From: Vicugna vicugna
Lineage: Eukaryota
Direction of reading: 5' to 3'
NCBI GenBank assembly: GCA_013265495.1
Contig: MU057584.1
Location: 846,608-910,607, forward strand
DNA: 64,000 nt
Shown in pieces: positions 52,358 through 63,352 of this stretch. How positions within the stretch are numbered: position 1 is the first letter of the stretch; every line of letters begins with the position of its first letter. The notes below the pieces were generated by a model. It saw only the letters and a program-made list of their open reading frames with translations, had not been told where the DNA came from and ran no database searches. The position numbers and the translations under genes were made by a program.

Positions 52358-55300
52358 GAAGAAACAGATAATTTGAACAGACTGATCACAAGAAGTGAAA
52401 TAGAATCTGTGAACAAAACAAAAAAATGAAACAAAACAAAACCTCCTTGCAAAAAAAAAAAGTCCAGGATTGGATGGCTTCTCTGGGGAATTCTACCAAA
52501 CATACAAAGAAGACTTTATAATAATTCTTCTCAAACTCTTCCAAAAGATTGAAGAGGAGGGAATACTCCTAAATTCATTCTATGAAGCCACCATTACCCT
52601 GATACCAAAACCAGACTATCAAAAAAGAAAATTACAGACAAATATCTTCGATGAACATAGATGCAAAAATGCTCAACAAAATATTAGCAAGCCAAATCCA
52701 ACAACACATTAAAAAAGATCATACACTATGATCAAGTTGGATTCATCCCAGTGTCACAAATAGGGTTCAACCCATGCAAATCAATCAATGTGATACATCA
52801 CATCAATAAAAGGAATGACCAAAACCTTCTTTTGATGATCATCTCAATAGACGCAGAAAAGGCATTGGATAATATTCAGTATCAATTCGTGATTTAAAAA
52901 AAAAACTCTTACCAAAGTGGATATGGAGGGAACATATAGCAACATAATAAAAGCTGTTTATGACACACAGCCAACATAATACTCAATAGTGAAAAGTTGA
53001 AAGCCTTCCCGCTAAAATCTGAAACAAGACAAGGATGCCACTCTCCCCACTTCAATTCAACATAATATTGGAAGTCCTAGCCATAGCAATCAGAAAAGAA
53101 AAAGAAATAAAAGGGATCCAGATTGGAAGGGAAGAAGTAAAGTTGTCACTATATGCAGATGTTATACTATATACAGAAAACCCTAAAGATTCCACATAAA
53201 AACTACGAGAGCTGATGAACGAATTCAGCAAGGTAGCAGGTTACAAGATTAACATACATAAATGCATTGTATTTCTTTACACTAACAATGAAATATCAGA
53301 AAAGGAAAGAAAACAATCCCTTTTTAAATTGCATCAGAAAAATACTTAGCAATAAACTCGACTAAGGAGGTGAAAGACTTATATACCGAGAACTATAAAA
53401 CACTGATAAAGGAAATTAAAGATGAGTTAAAGAAATAAAAAGATATCCCATGCTCTTAGATTGGAATAATATTGTTAAAATGGCCCTACAACCCAAAGTA
53501 ATCTACAGATTTAAAGTAATCCCTATCAAAATACCCAGGACATTTTTCACAGAACTAGAATAACCCTAAAATTTATATGGAATCATAAAAGACTCAGAAT
53601 TGCCAAAGCAATACTGAAGAAAAAAGAATGAAGCTGGAAGCATAATCCTCCCAGACTTCAGACAATACTACAGAGCTACAGTAATCAAAACGGCATGGCA
53701 TTGGCACAAAAACAGACATATGGATCAATGGAACAGAAACAGAGCCCAGAAATAAACCCACACACTTACAGTCAATTAATCTTTGACCAAGGAGGCAAGA
53801 ATATACAATGGAGAAAAGACAGTCTCTAAGGCAACTGGTATTGAGAAAGCTGGACAGCTTCATGTAAATCAACGAAGTTAGAACACTCCCTCATATCATA
53901 CACAAAACCCCAAAAGGCTTAAAGACTTAAACATAAGACAAGAAACCACAAATCTCCTAGAAGAGAACATAGGCAAAACATTATCTGACATAAATTGTAG
54001 CAATGTTCTCCTAGGTCTGTCTCCCAAGCAATAGAAATAAAAGCAAAAATAAACAAACGGGACCTAGTTAAACTTATAAGCTTTTGCACAGCAAAGAAAA
54101 CTATAAACAAAATGAAAAGACAACCTATGGACTGGGAGAAAATATTGGTAAACAATGAGACTGACAAGGGCTTAACTTCCAGAATATACAAACAACTCAT
54201 ACAACTCAGTACCAGCAACAATAACAGCAAAAAAACCAATCCAAAAATGGGCAGAAGACCTAAACAGACATTTCTCCAATGAAGACATACAAATGGCCAA
54301 GAGGCACATGAAAAAATGCTCAATATTGCTAATTATCAAAGAAATGCAAATCAAAACTACAATGAGGGAAAAAAATGACAATGAGGTATCATCTTACACC
54401 AGTCAGAATGGCCATCATTAAAAAGTTCACAAATGATAAATACTGGAGAGGGTGTGGAGAAAAGGGAACCCTCCTACACTGTTGGTGGCAATGTAATTTG
54501 GTCCAGCCATTATGAAAAGCAGTATTGAGATTCCTGAAAAAACTGAAAGTAGATTTTCTATATGATCCAGCAATCTCATTCCTGTTCATATATCTGGAGA
54601 AAACTCCAATTCAGAGAGATACATGCACCCCAGTGTTCATAGCAGCACTATTTACAATAGCCAAGACATGGAAACAGCCTAAATGTCCATCAACAGATGA
54701 CTGGATAAAGAAGATGTGATATATTTATACAATGGAATACTACTCAGCCATAAAAACCGACAACATAACGCCATTTGCAGCAACATGGATGTCCCTGGAG
54801 GATGTCATTCTAAGTGAAGTAAGCCAGAAAGAGAAAGAAAAATACCATATGAGATCGCTCATATGTGGAATCTAAAAAAAAAAAGCATAAATACAAAACA
54901 GAAATAGACTCACAGACATAGAACACAAACTTGTTGTTGCCAAGGGGGTGGGGGGTGGGAACAGATAGACTGAGATTTCAAAATTGTAGAATAGATAAAC
55001 AAGATTATACTGTATAGCACAGGGAAATATATACAAGATCTTATGGTAGCTCACAGAGAAAAAAATGTGACAATGAATATATATATGTTCATGTATAACT
55101 GAAAAATTGTGCTCTACACTGGAATTTGACCCAACATTGTAAAATGATTATAAATCAATAAAAAGTGTTAAAAAAAAGAGTTGTGGTATATATATAATGG
55201 CATACTACTCAGCCATAAAAAAGAATAAAATAAAGCCATTTGCAGCAACATGGGATTGATCTGGAAATCATCACACTAAGTGAAGTAAGCCAGACAGAGA

Positions 55301-57109
55301 AAGAAAAATACCATATGATATCACTCATATGTAGAACCTAAAAAAAGGATACAAATGAATTTATTTACAAAACAGAAGGAGACTCACAGACATAGAAAAC
55401 AAATGTATGGTTACCAGGGGGGAAGGTAAGGAAGGGATAAAGTGGGATTCTGGGATTTGCATATACTAGCTACTATATATAAAATAGCTTATCTACAAGG
55501 TCCTACTGTCTAGCACAGAGAACTATATTCAATACCTTGTAATAGCCTATAATGAAAAAGGATATGAAAAGGAATATATATACACACATATATGTGTAAC
55601 TGAATCACTATGCTGTGTACCAGAAATTAACACAACATTGTAAACTGACTATACTGCAATAAAAAAATTAAAATGGAAAAAAACAATGAAATACTACTCA
55701 GTTATAAAAAAAGAATAAAATAATACCATTTGCAGCAACCTAGGTGGAACTGGAGATTATCGTACTAAGTGAAGTAAGTCAGAGAAAGACAAATATCATA
55801 TGATATCTCTTGTATGTGTCATCTACAAAAATGACACAAATGAACTTATTTACAAAACAGAAAGAGACTCACAGACTTAGAAAACAAACTTATGGTAACC
55901 AGGGGGGAAGGAGGGTGGGAAGGGGTAAATTGGGAGTTTGGGATTAGCAAATACACACTGCTATATATAAAATAAATAGACAACAATGTCCTACTGTATA
56001 GCACAGGGAACTATATTCAATATCTTGTAGTAACCTATAATGAAAAGGAACATGAAAATTTATATATATATATTAAATATTTATAAAAATATATATATGT
56101 GAATCTCTATGCTTTACACCAGAAACTAATACATCGTAAATCACCTATACTTCAATTTAAAAAAAAGGACATTTAGAAGGCAGGACAGGCAGAACTTCGT
56201 GAGTAGCTGGCTTGGTAACGACAGCACAGGGCAGTGGTAAATAGCATAAGCCAGAGGTCTGACAGCCGAGCGGCTGAAGCGTACCAAAGCTGGGTGACCT
56301 TGGAGAAGAGACTTCACCTTTCTGAACCCGTTTCCTCAGCTGCAGAATGGGACTAAGGAAAGCAGTGAGCTCCTACCTGGTAGCGCTGAGCACAGAGTAA
56401 AGGTGCAGTTATCACCATCCTCATCGCTGTTATTGGGCCAGACTGATTCTTCGCCTGGAATATTCTCCCCTTCTGCTGGCTTATCCACGCTCATCCTTCA
56501 GGTGCAAGCTCAAGTGTTGCTGACACCCTACCTGAACTCAGTTTTCCTTATAAGATGTCCTCATAGGTTTTGTACCTGCTTTCCCAGTAGTTATCACTTT
56601 TGTAGTGGTTAATTAAATGTGTAATTAGTGGTGGTTTAATGTTTGTCTCCTTCACTGGGCTGGGAGAACCACGAGGCCAGAGTCAAGGTTTTATCGTCAC
56701 GACTCTACCCCCAACGCAGCTCGGTGTCGGGCTGGGCACCCAGCAACCACTGAGCAGATGCTGGTTGAATGAGTAAATGAATGAGTGATCAAATGAATAT
56801 TTAACTGATTAATAAGTGCATGCGTGGTTAAGTACACGAGTGAATAAATGACTGAATAAGTGAGTAAGCAAACGAAGAGGAGGAATCCAGGATCACTCTC
56901 AAGCTGTAAATATCCTAGAACTGAGAGTGTAGATGAGTTGTTCTTCGTCTTTTGGAGTTCTTCGATATTGCCGGGGGGAAAATTGTAACCACAGGAAGAG
57001 ATACGCGTGGCGTAGGATAAATTGTGATGCAGAGGAGTACGGCGATATCTCTAGGGTACGGGTCCGAGGTCCTTCGGGATAAACGGCATTCTAATAATCA
57101 AGTTTGGAG

Positions 57110-57113
57110 AAAA
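57110..57113 (-). terminator. Pol III terminator (T4) of tRNA-Sec
   Basis: First TTTT run, 13 nt downstream of the tRNA 3' end on the minus strand. Confidence 0.6.
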
Positions 57114-57126
57114 GGGAAGCCCTGCA

Positions 57127-57213
57127 CGCCCGAAAGGTGGAATTGAACCACTCTGTCGCTAGACAGCTACAGGTTTGAAGCCTGCACCCCAGACCACTGA
57201 GGATCATCCGGGC
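57127..57213 (-). tRNA. TRU-TCA1-1: tRNA-Sec (anticodon TCA)
   Basis: 87 nt GCCCGGATGATCCTCAGTGGTCTGGGGTGCAGGCTTCAAACCTGTAGCTGTCTAGCGACAGAGTGGTTCAATTCCACCTTTCGGGCG. Long variable arm, anticodon at 57176-57178, intact upstream promoter. Confidence 0.98.
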
Positions 57214-57236
57214 AGGAGAACACGGCGCCTCTACAG

Positions 57237-57442
57237 CTATATAAAAGCCAAAAATTCTATCTTTTTATAGTCATGGCTGCATAATTTGGTGGGATATAAG
57301 ACTGTCGAAATCAATATATATAAATCCTCTCTAGCTATTTATTACGGAGTATGTCTTTCAAATGTTGTCTTTGCCTTATATTGATTGAATCATTGTCAAT
57401 TTGGAAACCGCCTCATTTGCATAGCGCCTCGTATTCTGGGAA
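57237..57442 (-). promoter_or_regulatory. External (type 3-like) Pol III promoter of tRNA-Sec
   Basis: TATA TTTTATATAG at about -25 to -33, PSE-like TGACTATAAAAAGATAGAA at 57255-57273, octamer ATTTGCAT at 57415-57422, SPH/Staf TTCCCAGAATACGAGGCGC at 57424-57442. Confidence 0.85.
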
Positions 57443-59756
57443 ACGGCGCGCCAGAGCAGCGCCCTAGCTTCTAGCTCTTAAAGAGTTAGGAGCCACCTTT
57501 TCCAAGCGAGAAGCCAATGTTTTTAACAGAAGAGACTCATACTTCGGCATTCAGAAGCCCCTTTCTTGAAAAATCCGGATTCGAGTGAGTAGGTGCCTGG
57601 TAGAGTCTGACTTAGCCCAGCCCCGTAGGCTCCGGGCTGGCTGTTATAGGGCTGGTGCGACACCTGCTGCTCTTTTGTGGGAACTTCAGCTACCTACGGA
57701 GCCCTATGTTCAAGCAAAAGTTCAGTGAGCATCTATTGAATCCCAGGCACTGCCATAGCTACTGTCAATGGATGATAGGATTTCTGTCCCCATTGATCTT
57801 AGACACTAGAGATCATCGATTTTTGCACCTGAATTTTATACTGAGGAAAGTGAGGCGTAGGAACGGAGAGTACTGTACCCTAGTTTACACAGCCCATCCA
57901 CTTGGGAGACTCATTCCTGTGTCATAATTATTATTACAAAAAAAGGTGATCCTTTCATAACCCAAGCAAGTGACCCTTTGATGACAATATCATTCCCCGG
58001 AAATCTCCCATGGCTCCATCTCAGAGTCAAAATTCTCACGACAGCCTTACAGTCCCTATGATCTAGTCCCTTTCACTCCTCTGACCCTATCTCCTACTCC
58101 TCTCTCCTCATATACTTGGCTTCAGGCAGATAGATTTCTTCCTGCACACACTAGGCATGCTCCCTTTTCGAGGCCATGGCGTTTATTCTTCCCCGTGCCT
58201 GAATTTCATTTCATCTACATGTTTACATGACTCACTGCTTCCCTTACCTCTGGCCTCTGCTTAAATATCACCACTTAACGAGGCCTTCCCTGACCACCCA
58301 GTTTAAAATAGCAAGCCCTGTCACTGTGTCCCCTTTCCCTGATGGACTTTTCTCCATCACCCTGATCACCACCTGCCATATTCTATGTGTATTTGCTTAT
58401 TGTCTCGCTGCTCCCACTAGAATATCAGCTCCATGAAAGCATAGATTTTGTTTTGGTTCACTTCTGCGTCTCTGGTACCTAAACAGTGCTTGCGCACTTA
58501 GCAGATGCTCACTAAATGTTCGTAGGATGAATGCAAGAATATTATCAGTATCCTTCTCTGAGCCTCAGTTTCCCCACCCGGAAAACAAGACTAGCCCCAC
58601 TAGGAGGAATCATAACAAGCAAATCCTGCTTGGCAAATCTGGATTCAAGAGAAGCCCCCTTAAGTCCTCCCTCTTTTAGTTAGCTTGCTGCTGCTAGGCA
58701 ACTCTTGTATACAAAGTCTGGGGCTGTAACTATTACTCCTGTAACATCATTATCTATCTTCTAAAATGTGACATCCATCATTAGAGGCAAGATTTTAGGT
58801 GATGCACAAACAGATTAAATGGTAATGGTTTTGTGTTTATTCTATTTCTGGCAAGCGATGCTGACTTCCCTGGTGGTGAAGTGACATTTTCTTTTAAAAG
58901 ACATTTGTTTTATTATTTTTAATAAGCCAACTTAAAGAAAAAAATTAGGTAAATAGCGGAATAGGTGATATAAAGATCAACCAGGTCGTGAGGAGATGAC
59001 TGAGGTTTGGGAAATGGTGTCACAGCTAAGAATAGCAACTTCTGTTTACTGGACATTTATTCTATGCCCGTGACATTGGCTTTACATGTAGGCAGCTTAT
59101 GGTGAATATTTCCATTTGAGGAAACTGAGGCTGTAAGAGGTGAAGTCACTTGCTCAGGGTCACGCAGCTAAAAAGTAGTGAAGTTGATTCAAATCAAGGC
59201 CTACGAGTCTTTAGACTCCAATTGCCTGCCTCCTCCTCCTCCAGCTTACAGTTTTAGAACCTGAAGCCCAAAGAGGTCATGAGGGCCTGTGCTTACTCCC
59301 AAGGCAGCTGGAATGGAAAGAAGTGGGTGAGTGAGAAGATAGACATGGTTAGATATAAGGGGGTGCAGGAGGAGTCCAGGGCCATACCTGGGTCTCTGGC
59401 CGGGTGACGACGTGGGCAGAGAGGACATCCCTGAGTTGGAAATCAGGTAGGACAAGGAAGAGGTTTGAGTGAGTTTGTCGGGGGAGTAGTCCAGAAGACA
59501 GCTGGATACACCGGTCTGGGACTCAGGTGTGATGGAGGGACAGCAGGCAGAGTGTGGGGATCGACTAGTGATGTCTGTCTTGAGCACAGGCATGGAAAGT
59601 GGCTGTGAAGGCTTGGCTAGCCCTGGGAGTGGCCATCTCTCAGGTAGTAGAGGGTAAGTTTACTCCCTGAGTATCACTCAGCTGCTTTTCAGTGCGGGAA
59701 AGTGAAAGTTGGAGGGGGCTGGAAGCACAGGAGGCCTTGGGTTTTCCACAGAAGTC

Positions 59757-59762
59757 TTTATT
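59757..59762 (-). terminator. RTN2: RTN2 polyadenylation signal
   Basis: AATAAA on the minus strand about 400 nt after the stop codon. Confidence 0.8.
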
Positions 59763-59854
59763 ACAGTGTAAATCCAAGCTCAGGCCTCCCCTGGGCCCCA
59801 TGCAAAGCCCCGGCGTTGGGGCTACTGGCGTCCAGGAGACACCAGCCCCTCACG

Positions 59855-60016
59855 GCGCCTCCAGCGGCGGGGTCACGGAAGTGTAGGGCGGGTGCCCTAT
59901 TTAGGCAACTACAAGTCCCAGCAGGCCCCGCGGCCAAGGTGCCTCGCCTTTCCCGGGCTCCTAGAGCAGAGCCTCTTGGGAAATGTAGTCCTGGCCGCTC
60001 AGGCAATTTGCGCAAA
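59855..60016. promoter_or_regulatory. ZNF143/ETS/CArG/CTCF-like motif cluster within the RTN2 3'UTR
   Basis: AACTACAAGTCCCAGCAGGC at 59907-59926 (+), GACTACATTTCCCAAGAGGC at 59971-59990 (-), CGGAAGTG, CCTATTTAGG. Confidence 0.7.
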
Positions 60017-60158
60017 CTCCCAGGTGTGAGTGATCCTGACATCCACCAGGAAACCGCTCCGGCTGAGGCGGGGAGAGGGTGGGGATGGAAGGGAGATGGA
60101 GAGGGGCAGAGGGGTACAGAGGGTGGGGGCAGGCGTCCCGCGGGCAGAGACACCGCTT

Positions 60159-60240
60159 TCATTCGGCTTTGGCTTTGGATCCGGAGACTGCGGCTGCTGC
60201 CGAGGCAAGGGCTCCGGTCCCTGGGATCTTAGCTCGGATC
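60159..60240 (-). CDS. RTN2: Reticulon-2 last coding exon (IRAKIPGTGALASAAAAVSGSKAKAE*)
   Basis: CAG acceptor, TGA at 60161-60159, C-terminal di-lysine ER-retrieval-like motif. Confidence 0.96.
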
Positions 60241-60519
60241 CTGAGGAAGAAACAGGTGGAGTCAAAGGGTGGGGCAAGAAATAGGGTAAGTCTGTGAGAA
60301 CTAAGGGGGAAACGGGATGGAGGAACTGAGTGCCCAAGCCAGCTCCTGCTCTCCACCTACTGGCCTGAGATGGAATTGTCTCTCACCCTTTAAGAAGGAG
60401 GCATTCAGCCCCAGGAGGTTTAGGGACAGGAAATATTGGGGGTCGGAGAGCATTCCCAAGATTCCCCCATTCCATTCCCCATCCCATCCATCACCACCAC
60501 CTCCACCACATGCCCTTAC

Positions 60520-60578
60520 TTAGCTTTGATGTGGCTCAACTGATTGGTCACCAATCCCACATACTGGTCAATCTGGGC
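60520..60578 (-). CDS. RTN2: Reticulon-2 exon (AQIDQYVGLVTNQLSHIKAK)
   Basis: 59 nt, CAG/GTAAG boundaries. Confidence 0.96.
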
Positions 60579-61790
60579 CTGGGGAGACCAAGAAGGGGTG
60601 AAGGGAGAGATTGGAGGGGGTTCTTCTTCCTAACTCATTCAGGAGGCTTTTTCCTTCCCCATCCTCAAATCAGGAGTTGAGGGAGTGGCCCAACACACAG
60701 TCTTCAACTCTAAACCTAATAAAATACCCTTGGAAGTCAGAAGTTCAAGTTGAAGTCAGAAGTTCATTTGACCACACTCTGTGTGGGAAGCAATGTCAGG
60801 TAGAGACACAGGAATTTGCAACTGAGTTTGTGTCCTGGACATTATTGTTACTTTTTGAGTGAGTTGCCTGTGTGTGTATTTAGAGGACATTGGTATTGAG
60901 TCCCTGGGTGGATTGAATTTAAATACTAGTTTAATTCACAGTGTTAGTTGACTCTGTGAGTCTCGGTGATTCTGGCATGTGAGGGAGTTAGTTAAGACTA
61001 TCTCTTTGGCAGAGACGTGTAACATTTGGCTCTCAGCTGTGCTGGAGAATGTGGAATCCCAGTCCATCTGCCTGTCTCTGGATAGGATATATGTCAGTTG
61101 GCCCTGGTTCTGCCAGTTTTCTGGGTAACAGACAGCCCACCTGATTTAACTGAAATGTCAGTCCCTTGCAGTTTCAGGGAGTGAGGGCATCAGTCAGTCC
61201 ACCTGATTGGCTGGGATGGGTGTCAGTCAGACCCAGACTATGTGTAGGGATAGATGGCATCAGTCTGTCTGTCTGTCTGCAAATGGAATATGTGTTTTTC
61301 AGTCTCCAGGGGTATCAGGGTATCAGGAGAAGGCATTCATCTGTCTGCCTGTTTCTGGCTAGGATGAGTGTTATTCAGCCTCACACTGTGTCAGGGAGAG
61401 AAGACACCAGTCAGGCTGCGTCTAGAACATGTCAAGTTGGACCTTGGGTCACTGTCAGGGAGGAGTATCAGATAGACCACCTGCCTTGTGCTGGGACATG
61501 TCAATCAGATCCTGGCTCTGCCACAGGACACCAGTCGAAATGCCTGTCTCTGGCTGTTGAAATATCTTATTTTGACTCCAGTTGTATCGAGGAGGGGCAG
61601 CAGGCAGACCACCTGTGCCCAGCTGGGGCATGTGTCCATCAGACCCTGACTCTGTCACGGAGAGGGCACATTGTCTTGTCCTCCTGTCTCTGGCTGATAC
61701 ATCTGTCATGGGATCCTGGCTATAGCGAGGGGCAGTCAGACCACTCAAGTTTGGCTAGGATGCTACCAGCTGAGGGCCTTTCACACTCAC

Positions 61791-61837
61791 CTGGTGCTGT
61801 CGGTACAGCAGAGGAACTGTGAATAAGCCAATCACTC
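61791..61837 (-). CDS. RTN2: Reticulon-2 exon (VIGLFTVPLLYRQHQ)
   Basis: 47 nt, CAG/GTGAGT boundaries. Confidence 0.96.
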
Positions 61838-61964
61838 CTGTGGGCACAGTAATAGGGATCAGGGTTCTCCCAGGAGTTTAATAGCTCCATCCAGAGCCCT
61901 GTCCCCCACCAACCCCTCAGTGACCCACATACCCACCCCACCCGCCACAGCCTTCCCAGCTCAC

Positions 61965-62034
61965 CCAGAATGAGGAGAGTCAAACCATTGAAGACGGCAC
62001 CCACGAAGGTCAAGATGTAGAAGAGAAGGGCCAG
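61965..62034 (-). CDS. RTN2: Reticulon-2 exon (LALLFYILTFVGAVFNGLTLLIL)
   Basis: 70 nt, CAG/GTGAG boundaries. Second reticulon hydrophobic segment. Confidence 0.96.
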
Positions 62035-62173
62035 CTGAGGGTGAGGGGCAGGGTCAGCAGAGCTGACGGGGTGCTCCCCAGGCTGGGAACTTCCCCAGCA
62101 ATGGCCCTCCTACCCACCAGGAGCAGGGACAAGAATATTGGGAACCCAGGAGGGAGCAGGGGCTTCCAGGCAC

Positions 62174-62312
62174 CTTGAGGGAGTCCACGAGGTCTTCTAC
62201 CAGGAAGAAATGCCGCAGCTGCGTGGCCGCAGAGACCACGTGGGAGGCCATCTGCTGGGACAAACGTTCTGTCTGCTCCCGAGTCAGGGTCAGATCCACA
62301 TCCAGGTAGGCC
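62174..62312 (-). CDS. RTN2: Reticulon-2 exon (AYLDVDLTLTREQTE...LRHFFLVEDLVDSLK)
   Basis: 139 nt, CAG/GT boundaries. Confidence 0.96.
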
Positions 62313-62587
62313 CTGAGATAACCAGGGTGTGGGAGGTGACTCAGCAGGTGGCAGGGACAAGGGCAAGAAATGAGGGTTGGGAAGAAGGCCAGGCCTAGAT
62401 AGAGGTGGGGGTCAAGAGACAGGATCAAGGATTAAGGGTCAGAGGTTAGGGCTGGAAGTCAAGGATCATGTGGGAGATAGAAGCGGGGATGGGATGCGTC
62501 AGGGCCAGGGTGAGAAGTCAGAGCCTGATTTGAGGTCATGGGTCCTGACTTAGGTCCAGTGCTAGGGTCTGGGCCAGGGGTTCTCAC

Positions 62588-62795
62588 TGGAAAGGGTTGG
62601 CGCCGTCCCCCCGGTGCACGGCCTGCAGCACTTTTCGGTAAACCCTGAGAGAGATGGTGCTGCAGAGCAGCAACAGGGCCACGTGGGCGGCCACGGACAC
62701 GATGCTAAAATGCAGGAGGCAGAGCAGGGAGACCATGAGGCCCGTGAAGACCACTCCCGACGTCCTCGTGTCCTTCCAGTACAGCAGGTCCGCCA
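62588..62795 (-). CDS. RTN2: Reticulon-2 first reticulon-homology-domain exon (VADLLYWKDTRTSG...GANPFQ); the gene continues beyond the right edge
   Basis: 208 nt. The 208/139/70/47/59 exon series is the reticulon-domain pattern. Confidence 0.97.
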
Positions 62796-63164
62796 CTGTG
62801 GAGGGAGGGGGTGGCGATCAGGCTGGGGTTTGGAGCTGGTCTGGCTGACCTCTTGACCTCCTATTTCCTGTCTCAGGGCTAAACCATGACCTCTTGACGC
62901 ACCTGTCTGAGCCTTAATCCAATTACCCGATTTTTATTTGTCATCTTTTATTCTATTCTTGCCTCCTCTCTTCTCCTCCTGAAAAACCCAAGTTAACTGT
63001 CTAGTAAGTCCCCTTAAGCTTATTTCTGCCCATAGATTATGGGCGGACACAATTTGGGGGTTAAGATGGTACCATATATATACTCTTCTACATCCTGCAT
63101 ATCTCACTCTACTTTTCCTCCTAGAATTCCCTCTTAGTCAACTGGAATAGCTTTTTTTCCTGTT

Positions 63165-63352
63165 CTATTCTTTGTATATAATTGAAGTATAATTGGTTTA
63201 CAATGTTGTGTTAGTTTCTGATGGACAGCATAGTGATTTAATTATATATATACATTCCTTTTCAAATCCTTTTTCATTGTAAGTTATTATAAGATATTGA
63301 ATGTAGTTCCCTGTGCCATACAGTAGGGCCTTGTTGTTTATCTATTTTATAT
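63165..63352 (-). mobile_element. Short L1 3'UTR fragment
   Basis: ATTGAAGTATAATTGGTTTACAATGTTGTGTTAGTTTCTG is the reverse complement of the L1 3' ends seen at 55600-56160. Confidence 0.8.

Larger units (their letters stand above)
51123..56163 (+). mobile_element. 5'-truncated composite LINE-1 (ORF2 Z/RT/C regions, frameshifted) with nested insertions
   Basis: [72 protein letters not shown] (51109-51122) / AAAGGACATTTAGA (56164-56177). Confidence 0.93.

Noticed and set aside
49515..56163. L1 ORF2 fragments as an active reverse transcriptase gene
   Set aside because: 5'-truncated, with multiple stops, frameshifts and insertions.
56900..57126. Spliced Pol II transcript running from the tRNA-Sec locus toward ERCC1
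   Set aside because: No convincing minus-strand splice donor is visible here, so it cannot be supported from sequence alone.
61166..61822. 218-aa plus-strand ORF
   Set aside because: Antisense within an RTN2 intron, non-ATG start, degenerate GTCAG/CTGTC-rich sequence, no recognisable domain.
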